Part shown: positions 1-9,421 of the stretch, in pieces
How the letters are laid out: every line of letters begins with the position of its first letter
Numbering within the stretch: the first letter of the stretch is position 1
Assembly: GCA_963719315.1 (NCBI GenBank)
Contig: CAVRBU010000002.1
Location: 1,984,001 to 2,048,000, forward strand
DNA: 64,000 bases
Reading direction: 5' to 3'
Origin: an uncultured Planctomycetota bacterium
GTDB lineage: Bacteria > Planctomycetota > Planctomycetia > Pirellulales > Lacipirellulaceae
Notes under the pieces: model-generated
The model's database searches: none
Told to the model about the DNA's origin: nothing
What the model saw: only the letters and a program-made list of their open reading frames with translations
Made by a program: the position numbers and the translations under genes

Positions 1-72
1 ATTTTCCCACCCTCGTCGTCCGCTTTTCCCGCTCGGCGCTCGATCTCTATCGTCACGCGTATAGGTTTTCTG

Positions 73-1485
73 ATGCCGCAACTCGGCTCATTTCGCGCCC
101 GTGCTTGCTGCGCCGCATTACAGTGCGCGATGCTCGTGACGGTGTGTTGCTTGTCGCCGACGATGTGCGCGGCTTGGCCATGGAGCAGCGACCCGGCAGC
201 CGAAGCCGTCGGTTCCGCGCAGTGGTGGAAAAGTCATAAGAAGAATGCCGTGTTTGAACCCGGCAAGGGCTATATGGTCGAGGGCCAGGACGGCTACTTC
301 GACGGCTTCGGTCATCCTATTTCAGACCCGGTGGCTTCCGAAAGCGTCATGGCGGCGGGAGAAAAGAAGGACGAGATTGGCCTGCTTCCGGCTCTCGATC
401 CGCACGTCCAATTCAACAAGGTGAAGGCCGCCGTCGGGCTGGGGCCGAACGAGCAGTACGCCCGACAGGCGTACGCCGAAGGCGATCGCTTGTTCCGAGA
501 AAAAGACTACAAAGCTGCGATCGGGCACTTCCAGACCGCCGTCACCCGCGGCCCCCACTCGTCCATCGAGCAAGAAGCGATGTTCATGCTCGCTCAAAGC
601 TACTTCTTCGATGACCAATACATCAAAGCTCGCGATGCCTACGACGCTCTGGTGAAGGAATACTCCAATACGCGATACCTCGACACAGTGATCAAACACG
701 AGTGGTTCATCGCACAATATTGGGAAGAAAGAGATCGCTCGAATCCCGATTGGCCGCTCACGCCGAACGTTATCGACAAGACACGGCCGTGGTTCGATAC
801 GATCGGTCACGCGATTAAGACGTATGAAAGCATTCGGCTGAATGACCCCACTGGCCCTCGCGCGGATGATGCGATCATGGCTACGGCCAACATCTACTTC
901 GCTCGCGGCCGATTCGAAGATGCCGACTACAACTACTCTCTTCTGCGCCGCGAGTATCCGCGAAGTGAACTGCAGTTCGAAGCGCACCTGCTTGGTTTGC
1001 AAGCGAAACTTCGCAAATACCAGGGCGAAGACTACGACGGCACGCCGCTCGAAGAGGCCAAAACACTCGTCAAACAATTGAACTCGCAGTTCTCCGGCCG
1101 GCTCAGCAAAGAGGAAAAAGATCGACTGGGCACGGTCGAAGGTCAGCTCAACCAGGAAATCGCCACCCGCGATTACCGCATGGCGGCCTACTACGATAAG
1201 AAGCAGGACTACGGCGCGGCGAAATACTATTACGCGCAAGTGATCAAGAAATATCCCGACACCGAATTGGCCCAGAAATCGCGCGACCGATACGCCAGTC
1301 TCAAGGATGAACCGGACCGGCCGCCCAAGAAACTGGCGTTCTTGATCGATCGCCTCCCGGAAAGCCGCGAGCGAACGCGCGTCGCCCGCATCCCCGAGCT
1401 GCAAAACGGCGGCACGCGATTGGCCGAAGTCCCCGACAAAAGCGGCACGACATCCGGAAACGCAGAGCCCACGACCACCAAATAA
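73..1485 (+). CDS. TPR-rich outer-membrane assembly factor BamD/YfiO-like protein
   Basis: Hydrophobic N-terminus and repeated TPR-like helices (AYAEGDRLFREKDYKAA; DYRMAAYYDKKQDYGAAKYYYAQVIKKYPDT). Adjacent to lptE-like gene. Start codon uncertain. Confidence 0.7.
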   Translation: MPQLGSFRARACCAALQCAMLVTVCCLSPTMCAAWPWSSDPAAEAVGSAQWWKSHKKNAVFEPGKGYMVEGQDGYFDGFGHPISDPVASESVMAAGEKKDEIGLLPALDPHVQFNKVKAAVGLGPNEQYARQAYAEGDRLFREKDYKAAIGHFQTAVTRGPHSSIEQEAMFMLAQSYFFDDQYIKARDAYDALVKEYSNTRYLDTVIKHEWFIAQYWEERDRSNPDWPLTPNVIDKTRPWFDTIGHAIKTYESIRLNDPTGPRADDAIMATANIYFARGRFEDADYNYSLLRREYPRSELQFEAHLLGLQAKLRKYQGEDYDGTPLEEAKTLVKQLNSQFSGRLSKEEKDRLGTVEGQLNQEIATRDYRMAAYYDKKQDYGAAKYYYAQVIKKYPDTELAQKSRDRYASLKDEPDRPPKKLAFLIDRLPESRERTRVARIPELQNGGTRLAEVPDKSGTTSGNAEPTTTK

Positions 1486-1511
1486 CGGATGAAACTCTAC
1501 GCTCGCGCCGA

Positions 1512-2051
1512 ATGCCGTTCTCCCCAATTTGCAAATTGCGTTTTGCAATTTGCATTTTGCAATGCCTGCTCCTCACTGGTTGCATCGGCTACCAGGTTGG
1601 CACCGGCTCGCTCTACGCGCCCGATGTGGCGACCGTCTACGTGCCGATGATCGACTCCGACAGCTATCGCCGTGATCTGGGCGAGCGGCTGACGGAAGCT
1701 GTCGTGAAGGAGATCGAACTCAAAACGCCTTACAAGGTCGTAAATACGCCCAACGCCGATAGCATTCTCTCGGCTCGATTGTTGACCGATACGCGAAAGA
1801 CGCTCGTCGAAAATGCCTTCGACGACCCCCGCGTGTCCGAGACTGAAATACGGGCCGAAGTCACTTGGCTGAACCGCCGTCGGCTGCCCATCGCCCCCAC
1901 GCAAATGATCGCGATGCCGCCTGAATTGGTGGCCATGAGCGAAACCTCCAACATCATCCCCGAAGCCGGACAATCGGTCGCGACATCCCAAACTCAGGCC
2001 ATCCAACGGTTAGCACAGCAAATCGTGGCCACGATGGAAGCGCCCTGGTGA
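1512..2051 (+). CDS. lptE: LPS-assembly lipoprotein LptE family protein
   Basis: Lipobox LTGC followed by GY, then TVYVP..DS.RRDL..RLTEAV pattern typical of planctomycete LptE. Confidence 0.75.
   Translation: MPFSPICKLRFAICILQCLLLTGCIGYQVGTGSLYAPDVATVYVPMIDSDSYRRDLGERLTEAVVKEIELKTPYKVVNTPNADSILSARLLTDTRKTLVENAFDDPRVSETEIRAEVTWLNRRRLPIAPTQMIAMPPELVAMSETSNIIPEAGQSVATSQTQAIQRLAQQIVATMEAPW
1526..1563 (+). repeat. Tandem heptamer array (xxTTTGC-like, about 5 units) inside the lptE signal-peptide coding region
   Basis: AATTTGC AAATTGC GTTTTGC AATTTGC ATTTTGC, translated as ICKLRFAICILQ. Confidence 0.75.
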
Positions 2052-2112
2052 TAGTAGTAAGCACGCTCCGCGTTCCGTAACCTGAGCGAGCAAGAAATCC
2101 TCGGAGGTTGCC

Positions 2113-2250
2113 TAGTAGTCTGTCACGATTGAAACGTTGGGTGGCATGCCTTCGCCGCGCTGCGGCATAGGCATGATTTCGATCGAGACATGCTCACCAG
2201 CCGCTGCGGGAGAGCATGCCACCCATCAATTCAATATGGCCAGAGCGCTA
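2113..2250. repeat. REP/MITE-like palindromic element
   Basis: Imperfect ~37-bp terminal inverted repeats (TAGTAGTCTGTCACGATTGAA...TGGGTGGCATGC / GCATGCCACCCA...TTCAATATGGCCAGAGCGCTA) with a perfect 12-bp core. Confidence 0.65.
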
Positions 2251-2290
2251 CCACGTGGCCAAGCCGCTCTCGCCGGGCTACGCTGAATAG

Positions 2291-3172
2291 ATGCAACCCG
2301 ATGCGAAATGTATCTCGCGTTTTAGTCTTCGCGCCGCGCGTTGGCAACTTCGCAGCCGCGTGATCGAATTTCCGCGTCGGCCGCTGGTGATGGGCATTGT
2401 CAACGTGACGCCGGATAGCTTTTCCGACGGCGGACGTTTTTTCGGCGTTGACGCGGCCGTTGCGCACGCCCTGCAACTGGTGGACGATGGCGCCGATGTA
2501 CTGGATATCGGCGGTGAAAGCACCCGGCCGTACTCAGCACCCGTTTCGGAAAACGAGGAGCTGCGGCGAGTTCTGCCGATCTTCGAGAAACTCGCTGGCC
2601 GCATTCGAGTTCCCATCTCGATTGATACAAGCAAATCGACGGTGGCCCGCGCCGCGATCGACGCCGGCGCCGAGATCATCAACGACGTGACCGGCCTGAC
2701 AGGCGATCCCGCTATGGTCGAAGTCGCGGTCCAAACGGGCGCCGCCTTGTGCGCGATGCACATGCAGGGCACGCCACAAACGATGCAGGATAATCCGACG
2801 TACACGAATGTCGTCACCGAAGTTCTAGGTTATTTGCGAGCAAGGCGCGACTCCCTCGCGGCGGCCGGCATCGCCCAGGATCGAATCTGCCTCGACCCTG
2901 GCATCGGCTTCGGCAAAACGCACGAACACAACATCGCACTAATGCGTCATTGCCACGAGTTTCACGCACTCGGGTGTCCGCTATTGGTCGGTCACTCGCG
3001 CAAGGGTTTCTTGGGCAAACTCATTGGCAACAAGGAAGCCGACCTCACCAACGCAACGGTCGGAGCCGCATTGAGATTGGCAGTGCAGGGCGTTCAAATT
3101 GTGCGCGTCCATGATGTCCGGCCGTTGCGCGAAGCAATGATTGCATTCGAGGCGACGGGCGGCTTGTTTTAG
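2291..3172 (+). CDS. folP: Dihydropteroate synthase
   Basis: Motifs MGIVNVTPDSFSDGG, DIGGESTRP, DPGIGFGK, SRK, VRVHDV. Confidence 0.96.
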   Translation: MQPDAKCISRFSLRAARWQLRSRVIEFPRRPLVMGIVNVTPDSFSDGGRFFGVDAAVAHALQLVDDGADVLDIGGESTRPYSAPVSENEELRRVLPIFEKLAGRIRVPISIDTSKSTVARAAIDAGAEIINDVTGLTGDPAMVEVAVQTGAALCAMHMQGTPQTMQDNPTYTNVVTEVLGYLRARRDSLAAAGIAQDRICLDPGIGFGKTHEHNIALMRHCHEFHALGCPLLVGHSRKGFLGKLIGNKEADLTNATVGAALRLAVQGVQIVRVHDVRPLREAMIAFEATGGLF

Positions 3173-3279
3173 CCGGGAAATCCCTTGGGCGGACGCCCTT
3201 GCTGCCGCAAGCCAACATTGACCCAAGTCCTGATATTGCCGATACTTAATGGGTTCGACGCCGCACGACGGCAGCGTCA

Positions 3280-4569
3280 GTGAGCACCCAATCCATGCCT
3301 GTCGCCACCGAGCTTGATTTGGACAAATATTGCGCGGAAATTGCATCCCGCGCGAAGCGGGCGTCCGTGCGCTTGGCGACGACATCCACACGCGTCAAAA
3401 ACGAATGGTTGCGGCAATCGGCCCGGCTGTTGCGTGAGCAGGACGAACGAATCATCGAGGCCAATGTCCGCGATCTTCACGCCGCTCCAGGTTATGGTCT
3501 CACGGATGCCGCGCTCGACCGCTTGCGGCTTAGCGCCCAGCGGATCGAAGAAATCGCCGCCGGCCTGGAACAGATCGCCGAATTGCCGGACCCGATTGGC
3601 GTATTGATTCGCACGACCGATCGCCCGAACGGCCTGAGAATCGACAAGGTCCGCGTGCCGCTGGGCGTGGTGTTTTTCATTTACGAATCGCGGCCCAACG
3701 TGACGGCCGACGCGGCGGCGATCTGCGTCAAATCCGGAAACGCCGTGATTCTCCGCGGCGGCAAGGAAGCGATTCATTCGAGCCAGGCGATTGTTGAGCT
3801 ACTTGCCGAAGCGGCCGACGAAGCCGGCTTGCCGGCCGATGCCGTGCAAATGGTAAGCACGACCGACCGGTCCACCGTCGGCAAGTTCCTGGCCATGCCG
3901 CAATACATCGACCTCGCGATTCCGCGTGGCGGCGAGGGATTGATTCGCCGCGTGGCGGCCGAGGCCCAGATGCCCGTGATAAAACACTTCACCGGCAACT
4001 GCCACGTGTACGTCGATGCGGCCGCCGATCTCGACATGGCCCGTACGATCGTCCTCAACAGCAAGTGCCAACGTATGGGCGTCTGCAACGCCGCCGAATC
4101 GCTCGTGGTCCATGCCGATGTGGCGGGTGAGTTCCTGCCCAAGATCGGGCTAGCATTGGCCGAGCGCGGCGTAGAGATTCGCGGCGACGACCGAACGTGC
4201 GAGCTGGTTCCAAAAGCGATCGCAGCCACCGATGAAGATTTCACAGCCGAGTTCTTGGGCCCGATTATTTCGTCCCGAGTGGTTGGTTCGCTGGAAGAAG
4301 CCATCGAACACATCAACCGATTTGGATCGCAGCACACGGACGCCATTGTGACCGCCGACGAAAACGCCGCCCGCGAATTCGCGGTCCGCGTCGATAGCGC
4401 GGCCGTCATGATCAATGCCAGCACGCGGTTCAACGACGGCGGCCAATTCGGCCTCGGCGCCGAAATCGGCATCAGCACCGACAAATTCCACGCCCGCGGC
4501 CCCTGCGGCTTGGAAGAACTAACGAGTTATAAGTATGTAGTCCACGGATCGGGACAAATAAGGGATTAG
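3280..4569 (+). CDS. proA: Gamma-glutamyl phosphate reductase
   Basis: Motifs [55 protein letters not shown]. Confidence 0.97.
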   Translation: MSTQSMPVATELDLDKYCAEIASRAKRASVRLATTSTRVKNEWLRQSARLLREQDERIIEANVRDLHAAPGYGLTDAALDRLRLSAQRIEEIAAGLEQIAELPDPIGVLIRTTDRPNGLRIDKVRVPLGVVFFIYESRPNVTADAAAICVKSGNAVILRGGKEAIHSSQAIVELLAEAADEAGLPADAVQMVSTTDRSTVGKFLAMPQYIDLAIPRGGEGLIRRVAAEAQMPVIKHFTGNCHVYVDAAADLDMARTIVLNSKCQRMGVCNAAESLVVHADVAGEFLPKIGLALAERGVEIRGDDRTCELVPKAIAATDEDFTAEFLGPIISSRVVGSLEEAIEHINRFGSQHTDAIVTADENAAREFAVRVDSAAVMINASTRFNDGGQFGLGAEIGISTDKFHARGPCGLEELTSYKYVVHGSGQIRD

Positions 4570-4623
4570 GTTTTAGGTGTTAGGTGTCGGAGTTCGAATT
4601 CTGACACCCGATACCCGACACCT
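4568..4623 (+). repeat. Heptamer-built inverted repeat (AGGTGTY)n / (GAYACCY)n between proA and fliM
   Basis: AGGTTTT AGGTGTT AGGTGTC GGAGT-TCGA-ATTCT GACACCC GATACCC GACACCT, lying just upstream of the fliM SD (AAGGAG). Confidence 0.75.
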
Positions 4624-4643
4624 TCCCTCGCAAGGAGTGCACG

Positions 4644-5630
4644 ATGAGTGGCGACGTTCTCAGCCAGGCGGAAGTCGAAAGTCTTATCACCGCGATGGAT
4701 AGTCGCGAGGCGGATGGCATCGCCGACGCGGCTACCAGCCGCAGCCGGCAACGCGCAAAGGTTTCGCCCTACGACTTCAAACGCCCTGAACGCGTGGGCA
4801 AAGAGCAGATGCGCTCGTTGCAAACGATGCACGAGGCGTTTGGCCGCAATTTCGGGGCCTCGCTTTCGGCCCTGTTGCGGACGATCGTAGAGCTCAAGCT
4901 CACGAGTGTCGATCAGCTCACCTACAGCGAATTCGTCTTCAGCCTGGAAAACCCCACCTGCTTCAACTTGATCAATGCCGCGCCGCTCGAAGGACAATTG
5001 ATCCTCGACATCAACTTGTCACTGTTGTTCCCGATCATCGATCGTCTGCTGGGCGGCGGCAGTGACCCCGGCCCGGCGGTCCGCCGTCCGCTCACGGAAA
5101 TCGAGCAGCGGCTCGTTTCTCGAATCACCGACCTGTTCTGCAAAGAGATGAAGCACGCCTGGGAAAACGTGCTCGAACTCAATCTTTCGATCGATCGCGT
5201 GGAGAGCAACCCCCAGCTCGTGCAGATCGTGCCGCCGAACGAAGTCGTCGTGCTGATCAGCTTCGAGCTCACGCTGGGCGACGCCCGCGGCATGATGAAT
5301 TTGTGCATTCCGTTCAATTCGATCGAGCGGATCAGCACGCGGTTGTCGGCCAATAGTTGGGTCAGCTACGGCAAGAAATCGGCCACGACCGAAAACATCC
5401 AACGCATCAGCAGCCAATTGGGCGACGCCGTCGTGGAAGTCGTCGTGGACCTCGCGGAGACGAACATCTCGACTTCCGATCTGATAGGCCTCAGCGTGGG
5501 CGACATCATCGCCACGGAGCAAGACGTTTCCCGGCCGCTCGTGGTATCGGTCGAGGGCCGGCCCAAGTTTCACGCCCAGCCCGGTGCGTTCAAAGGCCGC
5601 AAAGCGATTCAGGTCGTCGGCACGATTTGA
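4644..5630 (+). CDS. fliM: Flagellar motor switch protein FliM
   Basis: N-terminal DVLSQAEVESL CheY-binding peptide, YDFKRP, RRPLTEIE, ESNPQLVQIVPPNE and a C-terminal SpoA-like domain. Confidence 0.96.
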   Translation: MSGDVLSQAEVESLITAMDSREADGIADAATSRSRQRAKVSPYDFKRPERVGKEQMRSLQTMHEAFGRNFGASLSALLRTIVELKLTSVDQLTYSEFVFSLENPTCFNLINAAPLEGQLILDINLSLLFPIIDRLLGGGSDPGPAVRRPLTEIEQRLVSRITDLFCKEMKHAWENVLELNLSIDRVESNPQLVQIVPPNEVVVLISFELTLGDARGMMNLCIPFNSIERISTRLSANSWVSYGKKSATTENIQRISSQLGDAVVEVVVDLAETNISTSDLIGLSVGDIIATEQDVSRPLVVSVEGRPKFHAQPGAFKGRKAIQVVGTI

Positions 5631-5668
5631 TCATGATATCCTTTGCGCCGAAAACACGGCCGTCGGCT

Positions 5669-7603
5669 TCAAGGCAAGCCGGCCCCGATTTCGGGACGTC
5701 GCACAAGCGGTGGCAGCGCTTGTTCCAAGACGCCGCGGGCTCGCGGCCAAATTAGAATCCCTTCCACGACCATCCACACTTGCAGCAGCAGCGTCACGGC
5801 GCCCAGGCCGAACAGCAAACGATTGTGGCTGTACCAACCCGTGCCGCCGTTGAACATTTGCCACACCAGCGCCCACGCCGGCATCACGATCATCAGCAAC
5901 ATGGGCGGCACGAGGAACCAGACCGGCTTACCCCGTCGCCACAAATAAAATGCGGTGACCATGAAGGCCAGACCCGCCAGTAGTTGATTTGTCGCCCCGA
6001 ATAATGGCCACAGGTACAGGCCGCCATTACCGTGCGGCCCGGGTGCCCCGTTGGGCAACGCGGGTCCGCGCATCATGGCCAAGACCATCGCCAGCGCCAC
6101 AGCCAAGATTGTGGCCGCGTACTTGTTCGTCAATGGTCGGATCCCTAACGTCGCGGCGAGTTCTTGGACGACGTATCGTTGCAGCCGCGTGGCTGTATCG
6201 AGCGTCGTGGCGGCAAAACAGGCCACGAGTACGGCCATCACTGCCACGGCAAACTTCAGCGGCAGGCCGATCGCGGTCAAGAAATTCGCCCCGCCGTCCA
6301 CGAAGCCCCCGACCAGCTTTCCCAAGGTAAAACTGTTCCAGCCGTTGGCCGGATTGTATTGAGCGTGCCATGCCGCCGCGCCGACAAGCGGTTGGCCATC
6401 CGCGTCACGCTGCACTTCAAAGCTATACGGCCGAATGACCTGCGCGTTTGTCACGCCCGCATCCGTTTGCCGTTGAAACAATCCCATGCCCAGACCCGCG
6501 CAGCAAGCCAGAATCACAATTACGGCCAAGGCCGCTTCGAGCAACATCGCTCCGTACCCGACGTATTGAGCGTCGCACTCGTTGGCAACCTGTTTGCTCG
6601 ATGTGCCGCTGGCGACCAGGCAATGAAACCCGCTGATCGCCCCGCACGCGATGGTAATGAACAAGAACGGCCAAATGGGCGGCGCGTCGGCCGGCCACTG
6701 CGCCATCGGCACGATGGCCGGTGCGCTCTGATGCAAATCCGCGTGTCCCGCGAGGCCGGCCACACAGATTCCCAGCACCAGGGCTGCCAATGCCAACAAT
6801 AATTGCTGGCTATTAATAAAGTCGCGCGGCTGCAACAAGACCCATACTGGCAGCACCGAGGCAAAGAAACAGTAGATGAACAGGGCAATCGTCCACAGCA
6901 CGACCGGGTTCAACGTGTCGGCCGGCAGCCCGAGCGTCGCCGATAAACTAGTGCCCCAAGAAGCGGGTATGGATACCGGCAAGTAATACGCGCCGACGTA
7001 AACTGCGCCATACAGGATCACCAAACCAATGATCGACGGCCCGAGGATTCCGCCGCCATAGCGATAGACCCAAAAACCGATCGCCACCGCCAAGGGCATC
7101 GCCACCCACGTCGAGAGCACCGACTCGGGATAGAGATTGAACAATTGGGCGATCACAAGCCCAAAAATCGCCAGCACCACGGTGAGTGCAAAAAACAGAA
7201 TCAGCAAAAACAGCAGCCGCGCTCGCGGCGCGATCATCCGACCCGCGATGTCGCCCACCGTCTGCCCCCGGTTGCGAAGGCTCACGACGAGCGCGCCGAA
7301 ATCGTGCACCGCTCCGATAAAGATCGACCCCAGGAGCACCCACAGCAGGGCCGGCAACCAGCCCCAAAAAACCGCGATCGCCGGCCCGACAATCGGCCCG
7401 GTGCCCGCGATGCTGGTAAAGTGGTGTCCGAAGATAACTTCTTTGCGCGTCGGCACGAAATCGACATCGTCGCGCAACTGCCGGCTGGGAACTTCCGCCG
7501 TGGCGTCGAGTTGAAAGACGCGCCGCGCCAACCACCGCCCGTAGGTATGGTAGGCAATGATGAAACCGATAAACGAACCAATGGCGACCAGGAATGTGAG
7601 CAT
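5669..7603 (-). CDS. cstA: Carbon starvation protein A (peptide/pyruvate transporter)
   Basis: Motifs FGHHFTSIAGTGPIVGP, FITIACGAISGFH, TTLDTATRLQRY, WPLFGATNQLLA. Start placed at MLTFLVAIG. Confidence 0.93.
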   Translation of the reverse strand: MLTFLVAIGSFIGFIIAYHTYGRWLARRVFQLDATAEVPSRQLRDDVDFVPTRKEVIFGHHFTSIAGTGPIVGPAIAVFWGWLPALLWVLLGSIFIGAVHDFGALVVSLRNRGQTVGDIAGRMIAPRARLLFLLILFFALTVVLAIFGLVIAQLFNLYPESVLSTWVAMPLAVAIGFWVYRYGGGILGPSIIGLVILYGAVYVGAYYLPVSIPASWGTSLSATLGLPADTLNPVVLWTIALFIYCFFASVLPVWVLLQPRDFINSQQLLLALAALVLGICVAGLAGHADLHQSAPAIVPMAQWPADAPPIWPFLFITIACGAISGFHCLVASGTSSKQVANECDAQYVGYGAMLLEAALAVIVILACCAGLGMGLFQRQTDAGVTNAQVIRPYSFEVQRDADGQPLVGAAAWHAQYNPANGWNSFTLGKLVGGFVDGGANFLTAIGLPLKFAVAVMAVLVACFAATTLDTATRLQRYVVQELAATLGIRPLTNKYAATILAVALAMVLAMMRGPALPNGAPGPHGNGGLYLWPLFGATNQLLAGLAFMVTAFYLWRRGKPVWFLVPPMLLMIVMPAWALVWQMFNGGTGWYSHNRLLFGLGAVTLLLQVWMVVEGILIWPRARGVLEQALPPLVRRPEIGAGLP

Positions 7604-7801
7604 GGCGGATTTGCAACCCGGAGAAGCCAAGTGAGCGACAAGTCTCGCACCAGCGGCCAGCACTTGTTCTTCCTTACTATATGATATCCGCGTTCGCTTC
7701 CCAACGGCAACGCCGCGCTGCGTTGGTTTACTCCGCCCGGCCCCCCTCCTATAATGCCGCAAAATGATGAGATGCCTTGTGGTTGTCAGGAGAGACGCAT
7801 T

Positions 7802-8854
7802 GTGGCCGAGAACGTAATCATCGTGGGCAGCGGACCGGCCGGTTGGTCCGCCTCTATTTATGCCGCGCGGGCCGAACTGAAGCCGCTCGTGTTCGAAGGC
7901 GCGATCACCGAGGAGAATCGCCTGCAAGGCACGCTGCCGTTGGGGCAGCTCGCGCTAACAACCGAGGTCGAAAACTATGCTGGTTTCCCGGCCGGCGACT
8001 TGAAACACTTTTTGAACACCGCGATCGACGGCGAACGCGTACAGTACATGAACATCTACGAGGGCAAGCACGCCGTCACCGGCCCCGAGTTGATGGAGCT
8101 GATGCGGCAGCAGGCCTTCAACTTCGGCACCCGGATCATTACCGATGATGTGGTCGAGGTGGACCTCAAACGCCGCCCGTTCGTCGTGCGAACGCTGGAA
8201 GGCAACACGCACGAAACGCATGCACTGATCGTGGCGACCGGCGCGAGGGCCAATTACCTGGGACTGCCTTCGGAGGATGCCTACAAAAACCGCGGCGTCA
8301 GCGCGTGCGCCGTGTGCGACGGGGCATTGCCGCGTTTCCGCAATAAACCGCTGATCGTCGTCGGCGGCGGCGACTCGGCCGTCGAAGAAGCGACCTATCT
8401 CACCAAGTATGCGTCCAAAGTGCACATGATCCACCGCCGCGACAAGCTGCGGGCCAGCATGATCATGCAAGAGCGAGCCCTCGGAAATCCCAAGATTCAA
8501 ATGGAGTGGAACCATACGCTCGACGAAGTCCTCGGCAACGACAAGGAGGGTGTCACGGGCGTCCGCCTGGCGAGTACGGCGGACAATGGTGTCCGCGAAC
8601 TGCCGGCCACCGGTGTCTTTCTGGCGATCGGCCACACGCCCAACACCGGGCTATTGAAGGGCCAGGTCGAACTCACCGACAAAGGCTACGTTCGCTGGAC
8701 AAAAGCGTATCGCACCGACACCAGCGTGGAAGGCGTGTTCGCCGCCGGCGACGTGGCCGACGACTACTACCGCCAGGCCATCACCTCCGCCGGCACCGGC
8801 TGCATGGCCGCACTCGACGCCGAACGCTGGCTGGCCGCGAAGGGAATACATTGA
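7802..8854 (+). CDS. trxB: Thioredoxin-disulfide reductase
   Basis: GSGPAG FAD motif, SACAVCDG redox pair, GGGDSA, HRR, FAAGDV..YRQAI. GTG start after AGGAG; TATAAT near 7750. Confidence 0.96.
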   Translation: MAENVIIVGSGPAGWSASIYAARAELKPLVFEGAITEENRLQGTLPLGQLALTTEVENYAGFPAGDLKHFLNTAIDGERVQYMNIYEGKHAVTGPELMELMRQQAFNFGTRIITDDVVEVDLKRRPFVVRTLEGNTHETHALIVATGARANYLGLPSEDAYKNRGVSACAVCDGALPRFRNKPLIVVGGGDSAVEEATYLTKYASKVHMIHRRDKLRASMIMQERALGNPKIQMEWNHTLDEVLGNDKEGVTGVRLASTADNGVRELPATGVFLAIGHTPNTGLLKGQVELTDKGYVRWTKAYRTDTSVEGVFAAGDVADDYYRQAITSAGTGCMAALDAERWLAAKGIH

Positions 8855-8866
8855 ACGATTTGGTCT

Positions 8867-8964
8867 GCAGATGACGCACGTGTTCGCAGATGAATTCAGA
8901 AATGAGCTAATCATTCCCCAATGATGCCTTCCTCCCCATCTGCGTTAATCTGCAACATCTGCGG
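8867..8964. repeat. Inverted pair of 9-10-mer tandem arrays (GCAGATGA.. / ATCTGC..)
   Basis: GCAGATGAC..GCAGATGAA on the left; ATCTGCGTTA ATCTGCAAC ATCTGCGG on the right. Confidence 0.6.
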
Positions 8965-9007
8965 ACTAAAAATGAATTCAATGCACTCATAGAAAAGAGC
9001 TAATTGT

Positions 9008-9421
9008 ATGTCCGACATCAAAATCACGCTCCAAGACCGAGCCGGCCGCAAGTGTGCCTCCAGTGGCTCAAAGTGGGAACCGATCATGGGCTACAGCCGC
9101 GCAGTGCGGAGCGGCAATGTGATCGCCGTGACCGGTTGCGTCGGCATCAATGCCGATGGCACCTATGCCCCAACCATTGGCGAGCAAGCGGCCCGCTCAC
9201 TGGCCATCATTCAGGCCGCCATCGAAGCGCTGGGCGGCAAACTCGAGCACGTCATTCGCACGCGAATGTTCGTAACCGACGTGGCCAAGTGGGAAGAAGT
9301 CGCCCGCGTCCACGGGAGCTTATTCGGCGAAATCAGGCCGGCGACGACAATCGTCGAAGTCGCCCGATTGATCGACGGCGAAGCGCTCATCGAAATCGAA
9401 GCGGATGCGATCGTGACCTGA
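9008..9421 (+). CDS. RidA/YjgF family protein
   Basis: Motifs WE..MGYSRAVR, VIRTRMFVTD, RPATTIVEV..LI..IEIEA. Confidence 0.9.
   Translation: MSDIKITLQDRAGRKCASSGSKWEPIMGYSRAVRSGNVIAVTGCVGINADGTYAPTIGEQAARSLAIIQAAIEALGGKLEHVIRTRMFVTDVAKWEEVARVHGSLFGEIRPATTIVEVARLIDGEALIEIEADAIVT

Noticed and set aside
5669..7927. 752-aa extended CstA overlapping trxB, and other over-long upstream starts (33429, 42212, 25984)
   Set aside because: The extensions overlap neighbouring genes or promoters and lack family features. Downstream starts fit better.
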